Below, one piece after another: positions 19,405 to 29,097 of a stretch of DNA of 64,000 nt (positions within the stretch are counted from its first letter, which is position 1; every line of letters begins with the position of its first letter). A model generated the notes under the pieces. The model worked only from the letters and a program-made list of their open reading frames with translations. It had not been told where the DNA came from and did no database searches. The position numbers and the translations under genes are program-made. Source of the DNA: Nanobdellati archaeon (GTDB lineage Archaea; EX4484-52; GLR71); contig JAHYJO010000001.1 in NCBI GenBank assembly GCA_019429125.1, positions 7,088-71,087 of the forward strand. The letters are read 5' to 3'.

Positions 19405-22400
19405 TTGTCGGTAAAAGCTAACAAACAGTGGCATATTTATGTAGTAATTGCAGTGTTAGCTTTAATGTTTTTTTCAAATTCAGTAATGGCATCTTTTGAT
19501 TCTTATTGGTTTGATACGGATTGGCATTTCAGGACGAATTTTACAATAAATAATACGGATTATGATAGGGACTATTGGCCTGTTGAACTTGATATAAATT
19601 TTACAGATATAATGCTTCAATCGGGTAAAAATGGCACATTTGATAATGAGTCAATTAGGGTTATTGAACATGATTTTAGTGGGGCTGTATTGTTTGAACA
19701 TCCTTTTCAGTTTGATAATAAAATTGGGTTTAATGTTAGTACGAATGCGGTAGGAACTATTGTTTTTCTTTTGAATGGGACAACAAATGCTAATCAGATA
19801 AGATATATTTATGTATATTTTGATACTGTCGAAAATACTGTCAAGGTGCCTGTTTCATATTCAACAAATCTTGTGTATTCTTGGGACGGTGAGGAAGCGC
19901 ATGTCAATAATAGTCTGTTTAATATGAAGATTGATACACTTAGGGGTGAAAATACATCAGGTATATATGATATTTATTCGAATAACATAATATTTTCTAC
20001 TTCTTCTACAAATAAAACAAAGGAATATACACAATTTTCAAATGGGACAGATATTTTTTCATTTGATTTTAGAAATAATGCTACATTTTCTGGTGGAAAT
20101 ATAAAAAGAGTTATGGAGCAGACAGGTGTTGAGACTTTATGGAATAATCCTGGTTTAGTTACTGGTTTTGGGTTTATGAAAAAAAGGTATATATTTTATG
20201 AAAATACATCATGGATAAAGATTGAACAAAATTATACAAATGTTGGTGTGTCATCAGTGACTCGAAATTCCACAAGTGCGGGAGCGTTATCTGTGAATGA
20301 TATTTCAACAGATGAATTTAATGGACCATTTAGGTTTGGAGATATGACTAATCCAATGTCTTGGTATGGCGCATCAGATGGTAGTCGTGGTCTTGGTCTG
20401 ATAAATTTTAATTATAGTTCTAATGCAAATTTTTATGTAAAAAATGATACAATTTTAGATCGTATGGGAATTCATCTTGACCCTGTTGTAATTATACCTA
20501 ATGAATCTGTAACTAATACAGTCATAATGCAGTTTAACGGAATTAATTATAATCAGGCAATGCTTGAATCACTTAGGAATCAGATGGCATATCCACCAAT
20601 AATTGTTCTGGAAAATAATCAATTCATTCCTGTGACTATTGTTCCAAAAATAAATTATTCAATCTATAATAGAAATGATTCAGTGCTTATAATTGCAAAT
20701 GTAACTTCAGATAAGTATAATGTTATCACATCAATGAATGCTACAGTTGATATAGGTACTGCATCTACATCTGATGATATTTTGATTAGCCTCTACGATG
20801 ATGGGTTATCTTTACATGGAGATGAGGTTGCTTATGATGGCATTTTTTCTAATATCTTTAATCCCTCTGAGAACAGTATAATAGGGGTATGGGACGTTAC
20901 TGTTCGTGCATTTGACTCTTTTGATGTAGTTCTCAATGAAGTGAATGTGTCGTTTAATGTAAGTGATATGTATAATGTGTCAATAAACATATCAAACCCG
21001 TCAGGTCTCGTTGATAGGGTTATATATGTGATTATAACTGTTCTGAATATAAGGGATGAATATATAGGTGGTGTATCTTTCAATTGTACTTATGGTGCTG
21101 GATTGCTGACAAATATAACAGATTATGATAACGGTACATATATACTTAATTTCACTGCACCGTCAATAACTGGTAATTATATTCTTGGTTGTAATGGTAC
21201 TAAGTTCAATAATATGGGGAATGACTCACAGTTTTTCAATACTGAAACGAGTGAGACAACAATTGCACTTGCGGTATCTCCACAGAATTATACTTCAGAT
21301 AATATTTCTCTATTAGTAGGTGATTATTTTGAAATAAGTGTGAATGCAACAGATGTTGGAGGGGCTAATGCAAAATATGTAAACATATCGTTGTCACTAC
21401 CTGTTAATTTAACTGCTAATTCTACTTTTGAATCTTGTGGTGATGTTTTTATGAATTTATCATGTGTTAAGGATTTCAATATAAGTATAATTAATGGTAC
21501 TGTTTCTGGAAATTATACTATAAATGTAAGTGCTACATGGTTGAACCCAAATCTTCTTACTAATTCCACTAATATTTCATTTATAACGTATGTCTATTCA
21601 AATCCTGTAATTGATATTTTGGGTGGCGGTTTAACAGGGGTTGTACCTGATGGTAAAAATGTAACATTGGGTAGTTTTAATGTGGATTCAATCGGTAATA
21701 GTGATCTTACAAACATAACATTTAATGTATCTGGTATTTCTGATTTTATTGTAATATTTAGTCCCAAAAATATATCATCATTATCTTTTGGGAGTTCACA
21801 GCCAGTCTCTGTTGAAGTTATAGTGCCACAGGATTATGTGTCGGGTAATTATTCAGGCATAATAAATATTAGTTCTGATAATGGTGGATGGAAAACTGTA
21901 GAATTGAACTTGACTGTGCCGGGAACAACTATAATATCATTACATAAAACTCCAGATAATTATACCTCTTCAATAATCTCTTTGTATTCTGGGGATTCAT
22001 TTGATGTGGATGCAATCATGACTAATGATGGTATTTCAGATGCAAAGGATGTAAATATTACATTATCTATGCCTCAGAATCTTAGTGCTAATTCAACATT
22101 TGAGCAATGTGGGCGTGTAAATGATAGTGGTTATTGTACAGAACAGTTTAACATAACAATTAGTGCGTTTACAGTTCCTGGAAATTATACTTTTAACATG
22201 ACATCAACATGGGTCAATCCTGATTTATCAACAGATTCTGTCTTATTGAATTTTACCGTTCAGGTAGTATCTAATCCAATTATTGATGTTATAGGGAACA
22301 TTTCAACCGAACTGCCTGACAATTCATTTGTTGCTGCTGGAAATTTTACTATATATTCAATAGGTAATTATAACCTTACAAACATAACATTTGATGTTAT

Positions 22401-25326
22401 TGGGCTTTCAGGTTTTAATGTTACGTTTAATCCAGTTAATGTATCTGATCTTGGAGCTATTTTGTCTCGTTTGATTTATGTTAATGTTTCTGTACCATTT
22501 GCTCAGTCTCCAGGAAATTATACAGGCTTAATAAATATTACTTCTGTAGATGGGGGATATGATACTGTTGAGATTAATGTAAGTGTCGTGACTAGAAAAG
22601 CTTGGGATGTTACACCTAAAACTTGTCTCCGGTCTGAGAATCCTGATACAGGTACCGTGTGTCTTGTCAGTATCATGAATACTGGGAATGTTCCGTTAAA
22701 TTTTACGATTAATCCTGTGGAAATTAATTATACTTCTGTAAATGAAACAAACATGACTGTGTTAAAGGATTCAATATATGTGGTTGAGTTTTTGTATAAT
22801 GTAACAAATGTGACCCGGACATTTTATTATGAGAATTATACGATTAATGTGAATGATGTTGATGTTTTTCCGCAATATTATGATTTTAATATTACGCTTG
22901 TCCCTTATGTTGAGCCTTTATTTTCTGTAAATTTGAGTGAAGTTGTAGCTCAACAGGATACGAGCATTGAAATATTTGTAAATATAACTGACAGGTCTAC
23001 AACTGGTATAAATTGGACAAGGTTGAATGTTACACTGCCAAATGGTACGGTTGAGACTTTTAATATGTCACTTGTTTCGATAAATGGTACAGATAGCTTA
23101 TGGTTCTTTAATTATTCTGGAAACATGTCTGATTTTGTTAATTATACAGATGGCAATGTGTCGCTTAATATTTCTAATTATACAGGTACTACTCTTGCAC
23201 GAGGTATATATAATATGACTATTTCATCACAGGATAATACTGGTGTAATTGGGTTATATAGTAGTAATTTTAAAATATATACAACTTTTGTTATAGGGTT
23301 TACTCCAGGGTCAACAAAGTATTATCAAGGTTCTTTAGGTATGATATATTATACTGTTACAGATACGAATGGGGATGCTATTGAAGGCGCTAATGTTACG
23401 ATATCACTTAAAGATCCAAATGGTTATGTGATATATATTGAGAATTTTATGATGGATTCAACAGGACAAGTGTCACCTGTGCCGACATTTTCTATCGCTA
23501 ATGATGCAACAGTTGGTATTTATAATTTTACTGCGGAAATGACTTATTATGATACTGTCTTGGAGACGAATGTGACAGTTGTTGATAATTCAACGTTTAT
23601 ATTACAATCGGGAAGTTCAGGTGGAGGTGGCGGTCTCACGGCAGACATTGATACGGGAGTATTGTGGTATCCTGATAATGTTATGCGCTTTGAGATGTGG
23701 TTCTCTTATGCAGGCAATGTCACAGAACCAGATAACATGACACTTTTTGTATATGATCCTGCTGAAAATCTATATTTTAATATAAATCTGAATGATACAA
23801 ATAATACTGCGCCCGGACTATATCATTATAAATTTGCAATGCCCATGAGTTCGGCGTCAGGGTATTACTATGCTATTCTTACTGCATCAAAAGAGGGTTT
23901 TGTAAGTCAAAAAGTGAAACCATTTAGGGTGTCTAAAGGAGGACCGTATGATGTCCGTGTGATGTTAATACCACCTAATGAGGTTGAGCGTCAGGATTAC
24001 GTCAATTTCAATCTATATATAGAGAATATGGGTGAGGTTACTCAAGATGTATATATTGATTATTGGGTGTCTTTTGGGAATGATACTTATTATTATAACA
24101 GTGAGGCGGTTCTTACTCCTGCTGGTGTAAATGTTACTATTACACGAAGTGCATACATATTTTCAAATCAGCCATTAGGTATAACTACTCTTAATGTTAT
24201 GGCAACATATGATAGTGTACAACCACCTATCATTTCAAATACTACTTTTGAAGTGATTGAAGATGAAATTGTGATTCCACGAAAACCGGATATTCCAGAA
24301 GTATCACCACCATTACCTACTGGGTGGCCTGAGATACCTGACAATATCGGTGGAGGAAGCAGTTTTCAACCCAATTCTGAATTTGATGAGGAATACAGCA
24401 TCGATATTGATACATACAATAAAGAAATAAATATCGTGAAAGGATGGACAGATATAAGCGGGATCCGTGTGAGAAATAATGGTTTGGATACAATTAATAA
24501 TATCACTCTGGAACTGACCGGCATACCTATGTCATGGTTTAATATAACACCTAATATGTATGAGACGATACCCTCGGGAAACAGTACCTTATTCCTTATT
24601 GAATACAGTGTGCCTAAAGATGCGAATTCAGGTGTGTATCCTTTTAATCTCATTGCAATATCTAATGAGATATCATCTAGTAAGATGGGGCGACTTATTG
24701 TGTTTACATCTATTGAAGAGTTGATAAGGCATGATATAGTCAATTTAAAGATTGAGATAAGTAAGATTGAAGAAGATATATATTTCTCTCAACGTATAGG
24801 GAAAGAGGTTTCACATATATGGAACACGGTTGATCAGGCATGGTCTGAACTTGTCCTTGCGGAAGAAAATGCAGATGCTAAATTATTTGATGATGCACTC
24901 CAGAATATACAGGTGGTTTCTGGACTTGTAAAAAGAGCTAAGATGCTTCTTGAGACATCATCAAAAATTGAAGATCTTGATGATGGGAATATTTGGATTA
25001 CTGCTTTGAAAGTGTTAGTTGTTATGGGGCTATTTGCGCTGGTCAGTGTATGGTGGATACGTAAAAAGGATAAGTTCAAGCTAAAAAAATCATTGAATAA
25101 ATTTAAGAAAAAAACATTGAGTAAAGAGGAGATTGAGATACGTCAAAAAGAGTTAATTTATGATAAAACTAAAATTCAAAGAGTATTGAAGCTTTTAGAG
25201 CGTGAGTCCAAAGATGGAACAATAAATAAAGATGCGTATGATGAATTAAAGAATATTAACGATAAAAAGTTATCTGCAATTGATAAAAAAATAAAAAGTT
25301 TGGGCGCCAATAAAGGAAGCAAATGA
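19405..25326 (+). CDS. 1,973-aa secreted surface glycoprotein with an N-terminal signal peptide, tandem ~210-aa Cys-containing modules, and a C-terminal TM anchor plus short cytoplasmic K/E-rich coiled-coil tail.
   Basis: TTG start 5 nt after the upstream stop. Signal peptide MSVKANKQWHIYVVIAVLALMFFSNSVMA. Many NxS/T sequons. Duplicated module (...NLTANSTFESCGDVFMNLSCVKDFNISI... / ...NLSANSTFEQCGRVNDSGYCTEQFNITIS...). TM ALKVLVVMGLFALVSVWWIRKK near the C-terminus. Confidence 0.8.
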   Translation: MSVKANKQWHIYVVIAVLALMFFSNSVMASFDSYWFDTDWHFRTNFTINNTDYDRDYWPVELDINFTDIMLQSGKNGTFDNESIRVIEHDFSGAVLFEHPFQFDNKIGFNVSTNAVGTIVFLLNGTTNANQIRYIYVYFDTVENTVKVPVSYSTNLVYSWDGEEAHVNNSLFNMKIDTLRGENTSGIYDIYSNNIIFSTSSTNKTKEYTQFSNGTDIFSFDFRNNATFSGGNIKRVMEQTGVETLWNNPGLVTGFGFMKKRYIFYENTSWIKIEQNYTNVGVSSVTRNSTSAGALSVNDISTDEFNGPFRFGDMTNPMSWYGASDGSRGLGLINFNYSSNANFYVKNDTILDRMGIHLDPVVIIPNESVTNTVIMQFNGINYNQAMLESLRNQMAYPPIIVLENNQFIPVTIVPKINYSIYNRNDSVLIIANVTSDKYNVITSMNATVDIGTASTSDDILISLYDDGLSLHGDEVAYDGIFSNIFNPSENSIIGVWDVTVRAFDSFDVVLNEVNVSFNVSDMYNVSINISNPSGLVDRVIYVIITVLNIRDEYIGGVSFNCTYGAGLLTNITDYDNGTYILNFTAPSITGNYILGCNGTKFNNMGNDSQFFNTETSETTIALAVSPQNYTSDNISLLVGDYFEISVNATDVGGANAKYVNISLSLPVNLTANSTFESCGDVFMNLSCVKDFNISIINGTVSGNYTINVSATWLNPNLLTNSTNISFITYVYSNPVIDILGGGLTGVVPDGKNVTLGSFNVDSIGNSDLTNITFNVSGISDFIVIFSPKNISSLSFGSSQPVSVEVIVPQDYVSGNYSGIINISSDNGGWKTVELNLTVPGTTIISLHKTPDNYTSSIISLYSGDSFDVDAIMTNDGISDAKDVNITLSMPQNLSANSTFEQCGRVNDSGYCTEQFNITISAFTVPGNYTFNMTSTWVNPDLSTDSVLLNFTVQVVSNPIIDVIGNISTELPDNSFVAAGNFTIYSIGNYNLTNITFDVIGLSGFNVTFNPVNVSDLGAILSRLIYVNVSVPFAQSPGNYTGLINITSVDGGYDTVEINVSVVTRKAWDVTPKTCLRSENPDTGTVCLVSIMNTGNVPLNFTINPVEINYTSVNETNMTVLKDSIYVVEFLYNVTNVTRTFYYENYTINVNDVDVFPQYYDFNITLVPYVEPLFSVNLSEVVAQQDTSIEIFVNITDRSTTGINWTRLNVTLPNGTVETFNMSLVSINGTDSLWFFNYSGNMSDFVNYTDGNVSLNISNYTGTTLARGIYNMTISSQDNTGVIGLYSSNFKIYTTFVIGFTPGSTKYYQGSLGMIYYTVTDTNGDAIEGANVTISLKDPNGYVIYIENFMMDSTGQVSPVPTFSIANDATVGIYNFTAEMTYYDTVLETNVTVVDNSTFILQSGSSGGGGGLTADIDTGVLWYPDNVMRFEMWFSYAGNVTEPDNMTLFVYDPAENLYFNINLNDTNNTAPGLYHYKFAMPMSSASGYYYAILTASKEGFVSQKVKPFRVSKGGPYDVRVMLIPPNEVERQDYVNFNLYIENMGEVTQDVYIDYWVSFGNDTYYYNSEAVLTPAGVNVTITRSAYIFSNQPLGITTLNVMATYDSVQPPIISNTTFEVIEDEIVIPRKPDIPEVSPPLPTGWPEIPDNIGGGSSFQPNSEFDEEYSIDIDTYNKEINIVKGWTDISGIRVRNNGLDTINNITLELTGIPMSWFNITPNMYETIPSGNSTLFLIEYSVPKDANSGVYPFNLIAISNEISSSKMGRLIVFTSIEELIRHDIVNLKIEISKIEEDIYFSQRIGKEVSHIWNTVDQAWSELVLAEENADAKLFDDALQNIQVVSGLVKRAKMLLETSSKIEDLDDGNIWITALKVLVVMGLFALVSVWWIRKKDKFKLKKSLNKFKKKTLSKEEIEIRQKELIYDKTKIQRVLKLLERESKDGTINKDAYDELKNINDKKLSAIDKKIKSLGANKGSK

Positions 25327-25338
25327 TTAGTGTTTTTT

Positions 25339-25683
25339 TCATTGTTTACACAGATTAACAATTGCTAACTTTTTTCTCATCTCAGATTTATATTCTCTTT
25401 TTTCAAAAAACATAATTAAGAATATAAGACACATAAAGATAGTTAATATCAGTATGTTTATAGTATGATTAATAAGGTCATTTATTGTGTGGTATATAGC
25501 ACCTTCGTCTGTGGAACATAATGTTTTTCCGTTCTGCATGGCAAAGGAATACTCGATTGATGAAGTGCCTTCGAAATCGTTGCAGATGTCTGCGTGTATG
25601 GATTCATGAAAATATGTTTGTGTAGAATTGATGAATATGAATATGATGAGTATTACAAGTATCTCTTTTGAAAATTGTTTCAT
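25339..25683 (-). CDS. Small hypothetical membrane protein (114 aa) with N- and C-terminal hydrophobic segments.
   Basis: ORF with two hydrophobic stretches. No recognisable family. Confidence 0.35.
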   Translation of the reverse strand: MKQFSKEILVILIIFIFINSTQTYFHESIHADICNDFEGTSSIEYSFAMQNGKTLCSTDEGAIYHTINDLINHTINILILTIFMCLIFLIMFFEKREYKSEMRKKLAIVNLCKQ

Positions 25684-25756
25684 AAATATCTTTTAATAGT
25701 ATGGTGCTTAAATAGGTGTATGTTTTTTGTATGATTGATAAATCCTATAATTATTT

Positions 25757-26791
25757 TTGTGGATTATTATGTTGTGGAGTCAGATGAGGTTAAGATATTT
25801 TAAAAAACAATTCTGCTTGGGCAGTCTTATTATATATGTTAGTTTTATGGTATGTTTATTCATCTTTACTAATCCAATTTATGCAAAAGAACTTCAGGTT
25901 GGTGTGTCTCCTTTAATGCTTGATCTTGGAACTGTGAAAAAAGGAGAAAGTGTTGTGGGGTCATTTTTTATTGTGACGTCATCACAAGATGATATTATTG
26001 TGAAATTAAAATCATCACGTTCTAATTTTGATTTCTTTAAAAAACCTATAAATATAGATATTGTTAATTATGTGTCTGAAGAAGATAGTTCCGGATGGGT
26101 TTATTTTCCTGAGAATCCATATGTTCTCAAATCTACAGAGTATGTGTTAAATACCAAAGGCGGAACAATATCTGATTGGAAAAATGTTAATTTTGTGTTG
26201 AATGTCCCTGAGGATGCTGAGTCATGCTATCATGCATTTAAGATTGAACCTACACCTTATACAACAAAAGAAGAGGCTAGTTCTGTAAGTATTGTTGCAA
26301 TGGTAACGATTACTGTGAAATTTCAGGTTGCTGGTGGATGTGAGGTCAATGGAAATATATTGGATGTCATGCAGGATACTTCAAGTAAATATATTGATTT
26401 AGGTGTATATTTTAAGAATACAGGTAATGCAACGTTTTCAGCGTATAGTCCTGACGTGATGATATTTTATGAGAATGGCACATTGCTTGATAAGCAACGT
26501 TCGGGATATGCTTATTTTACTCCTGGAGATATTGGTGTGTTGAATGCACGGTTTGATCCAAAAAAGATTGTTCCTGGTAATTATATTGTAAATACTACAG
26601 TATTATATGGTGCTAATACAACATCAAAACAAGTGCCACTTACTATTGAAAGATCAGTGGTTGCAAAAATATCGACAGTAGTTTCAAAGACACCTGATGG
26701 TACTGATAATACTTTTTGGATATTGCTACTTGCAATAATTCTGATAATTGTTGGCGCCTATAAATTCTATAAGGTCGAAGATAAAAGATAA
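25757..26791 (+). CDS. Exported protein (344 aa) with an N-terminal signal anchor and a C-terminal TM (FWILLLAIILIIVGAYKFY). Hypothetical surface protein.
   Basis: ORF with hydrophobic N-terminus, NxS/T sequons and a C-terminal hydrophobic helix followed by a basic tail. Confidence 0.6.
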   Translation: MWIIMLWSQMRLRYFKKQFCLGSLIIYVSFMVCLFIFTNPIYAKELQVGVSPLMLDLGTVKKGESVVGSFFIVTSSQDDIIVKLKSSRSNFDFFKKPINIDIVNYVSEEDSSGWVYFPENPYVLKSTEYVLNTKGGTISDWKNVNFVLNVPEDAESCYHAFKIEPTPYTTKEEASSVSIVAMVTITVKFQVAGGCEVNGNILDVMQDTSSKYIDLGVYFKNTGNATFSAYSPDVMIFYENGTLLDKQRSGYAYFTPGDIGVLNARFDPKKIVPGNYIVNTTVLYGANTTSKQVPLTIERSVVAKISTVVSKTPDGTDNTFWILLLAIILIIVGAYKFYKVEDKR

Positions 26792-26799
26792 ATGCTAAT

Positions 26800-26890
26800 A
26801 GATGTTAATAGATGATAATCTAGAATAATTGATGATAATTGATGATAATTGATGATAATTGATGATAATTGATGATAATTGATGATATAT
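26800..26890. repeat. 10-bp tandem repeat: (gatgataatt) x5 perfect at 26831-26880, plus degenerate flanking copies, about 9 units in all.
   Basis: Directly visible. Starts about 10 nt after the stop of the 25757-26791 gene. Non-coding. Confidence 0.9.
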
Positions 26891-27218
26891 CTATATTTTT
26901 TTGGTTTTTGTTAATTATTATTTTATTCAAACTTTGACATTTCTGACTTTTTTGTTTTTTATCGTTTTTTAAACACCTGAATTGGACAGATATTAGTACA
27001 GTACTAGATTGCGTTTTTTATGTTTTTTAACTTATTTTTCAATACCTCATTTGACAATTTGTATTCATAAATCAAAATATGTTATTAGGGGTTTGATATA
27101 TATTGAAATTCCGATTTAATCTATAATAAAAATTAAGAAAATTCATAAAAAGTAGCCAAATGAATTTGACAGTTGGGCTAAAATTTAAAAAAATGATTAA
27201 ACAAATAGATATTTATTC

Positions 27219-27475
27219 GTACTTGTTTAGCAAAAAAATAATCGGCATACTACGATCATCATGATGTGATTTACATACATTATACTTTTTATAAAATCAA
27301 TAGCTACAGCTTGAAAATGTGTAGTTAATTTTTGTTAAAAAATATTTACTCCTTTTTTGTAAAATCGATAGCTTGCAAGTAACGTAGAAAATTATAACTT
27401 AAAAATATTTCAACAAATAATGACCGTATCAAAAAAATCGTAAGCAAGTAAGACAAAATTTAGCTAAACAAGTAC
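27219..27475. mobile_element. 257-bp MITE-like non-autonomous element, copy 1. It has perfect 13-bp terminal inverted repeats GTACTTGTTTAGC/GCTAAACAAGTAC and is flanked by a perfect 8-bp direct duplication ATTTATTC.
   Basis: TIR at 27219-27231 and 27463-27475. ATTTATTC at 27211-27218 and 27476-27483. 97% identical to the second copy at 63509-63765. No ORF. Confidence 0.7.
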
Positions 27476-27676
27476 ATTTATTCTTATTTTTTACCATAAA
27501 TTAACTTATTTTTAGTCAAAAAGAAAGAAAATTATATGGAAAATGGAAGTAAAGTACTAAAAATAGCTAACTGTCAAATAGATATTCTGAATGAAATAGT
27601 TAACAAACTGTCAAACTTAGGTTTCATCTCTAGTTCAGTGGGTAATGTGGGCTCTTGAGAGCAATTATTATGAACC

Positions 27677-27684
27677 TATATAAG
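27677..27684 (+). promoter_or_regulatory. Candidate archaeal TATA box (tatataag) about 32-39 nt upstream of the ATG at 27716. This implies a leaderless or very short-leader transcript.
   Basis: TATA-like octamer at appropriate spacing. Inference only. Confidence 0.35.
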
Positions 27685-27715
27685 TACTTAAAACCAATAA
27701 TATTTTGTGTTCTCT

Positions 27716-28264
27716 ATGAAAAAACAGTCAAAAAACTCAAAAAAAATAAATTTAATTAAATCTTTACCAATAATCATGCTTGCTGTATTGATTGTTTCTT
27801 TGTTTGCTATCGTTTTTCATACACCCTCCTTTGAATCTGATAATCCTGTTAAGAATCATACTGTGCTGTATGAGGAAGGTATGTTTTACACTTATGAGAT
27901 TAATAAGTATCCCACTTCTGTGGAGATAAGTGATATTGATGAACGTAACCTGTCTGTTGGTTTTTCACTTGAGACATCAAGTCTTAATTTCGGGGTAGTT
28001 CCTACAGGAGGGAATATGGGTAAGAGGTTTTTGACTTTAAAGAATACGCAGGACAGTAAAGCAAAGATGATGTTTGTGGTATATGGTGGTATATCTCCTC
28101 TGATAAAGTTTAATGATAACGAATTTTATCTTTTGCCCGAAGTTCTTAAAGACATTGAGATTGTGCTTGAGACAAAACAGGACACAATGGTTGGTAATTA
28201 TTCTGGTGAAATTAATATTGTTGTCAAAAGGTCAAAATATGAATTTTTAGAATGGTTGTTATGA
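27716..28264 (+). CDS. Hypothetical exported or membrane-anchored protein (about 182 aa). First of an eight-gene same-strand run of exported-protein genes (27716-36405).
   Basis: N-terminal basic region plus hydrophobic helix (LPIIMLAVLIVSLFAIVF). ATG at 27716 is preferred over the track's GTG at 27707. Confidence 0.5.
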   Translation: MKKQSKNSKKINLIKSLPIIMLAVLIVSLFAIVFHTPSFESDNPVKNHTVLYEEGMFYTYEINKYPTSVEISDIDERNLSVGFSLETSSLNFGVVPTGGNMGKRFLTLKNTQDSKAKMMFVVYGGISPLIKFNDNEFYLLPEVLKDIEIVLETKQDTMVGNYSGEINIVVKRSKYEFLEWLL

Positions 28265-28272
28265 GGGTGTAG

Positions 28273-29091
28273 TTGATGCTTAAGGATAAATATTTTTCAT
28301 TTTATTATGTTTCTGTTATTTTGTTATCTATATTTTTTTTATGTACTTCTTTGGTGTACAGTGCGGAAATAAATGTTAATGTGGCTGAACATTTAGATAC
28401 TGTATTAAAAGAGATTGATTGCTGCAAGTTAAATGATAAAGTAATGACTGCCAGTTTTGATGTGTTTAATTCCGGAAGTATTGCATATGCTGCGCGCATA
28501 AGGCTTGATGTGTTTGATGAGGATAATGATAAGAAGATTACATCTGTTTGGAGTAGCAGTTCCGAATTTAATCCTGGACAGAGAGATAGCATCAGTCTTT
28601 ATTGGTATGAGCCGTCAGACACTACACGTATTGCAAAAGTAAGACTTTATAGGGGATATGATATTTTAAATCTTGAAGAGATTACTTGGCGGTTTAATAA
28701 GTCAGTTGAATCTCAATTATCAAAAGGGTTCGGAGAGTTTGCAGATTCTGATAATATTTTTGGAAATATTAATTTTGAGGATGTTCGGGTTTATGAGCAT
28801 AATATAAGATTTAAGATAACAGCAGATGAAGACATTGAAAAAGTAATAGTCTATCCAGTACAATACAAAGAGGGATGGATTTTTGAACAGACTGTTGTAG
28901 AGGATGTCATTGCGGATAAACCAAGAATTGTGGATGTCAATTATGATACTGGTTTTTTCTATGAAAATGAAATAACGTTGGTTGCGGTAAGTTCTGATGG
29001 CGAATATTACGGTGAACAGAAGGTGTTACTTAAGAAAGAGTCAGGTATCCGAAAATGGTTGAATCTTTTTGTAGATATGTTGAAGATATAA
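28273..29091 (+). CDS. Hypothetical secreted protein (272 aa) with a signal peptide.
   Basis: Signal-like N-terminus (VILLSIFFLCTSLVYSAEIN). Starts 9 nt after the upstream stop. Confidence 0.55.
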   Translation: MMLKDKYFSFYYVSVILLSIFFLCTSLVYSAEINVNVAEHLDTVLKEIDCCKLNDKVMTASFDVFNSGSIAYAARIRLDVFDEDNDKKITSVWSSSSEFNPGQRDSISLYWYEPSDTTRIAKVRLYRGYDILNLEEITWRFNKSVESQLSKGFGEFADSDNIFGNINFEDVRVYEHNIRFKITADEDIEKVIVYPVQYKEGWIFEQTVVEDVIADKPRIVDVNYDTGFFYENEITLVAVSSDGEYYGEQKVLLKKESGIRKWLNLFVDMLKI

Positions 29092-29097
29092 TATGGG

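Noticed and set aside
26800-26890. Tandem 10-mer array considered as a CRISPR array
   Set aside because: The period is 10 bp with no spacers. CRISPR repeats are 24-48 bp separated by unique spacers. No cas genes in the window.
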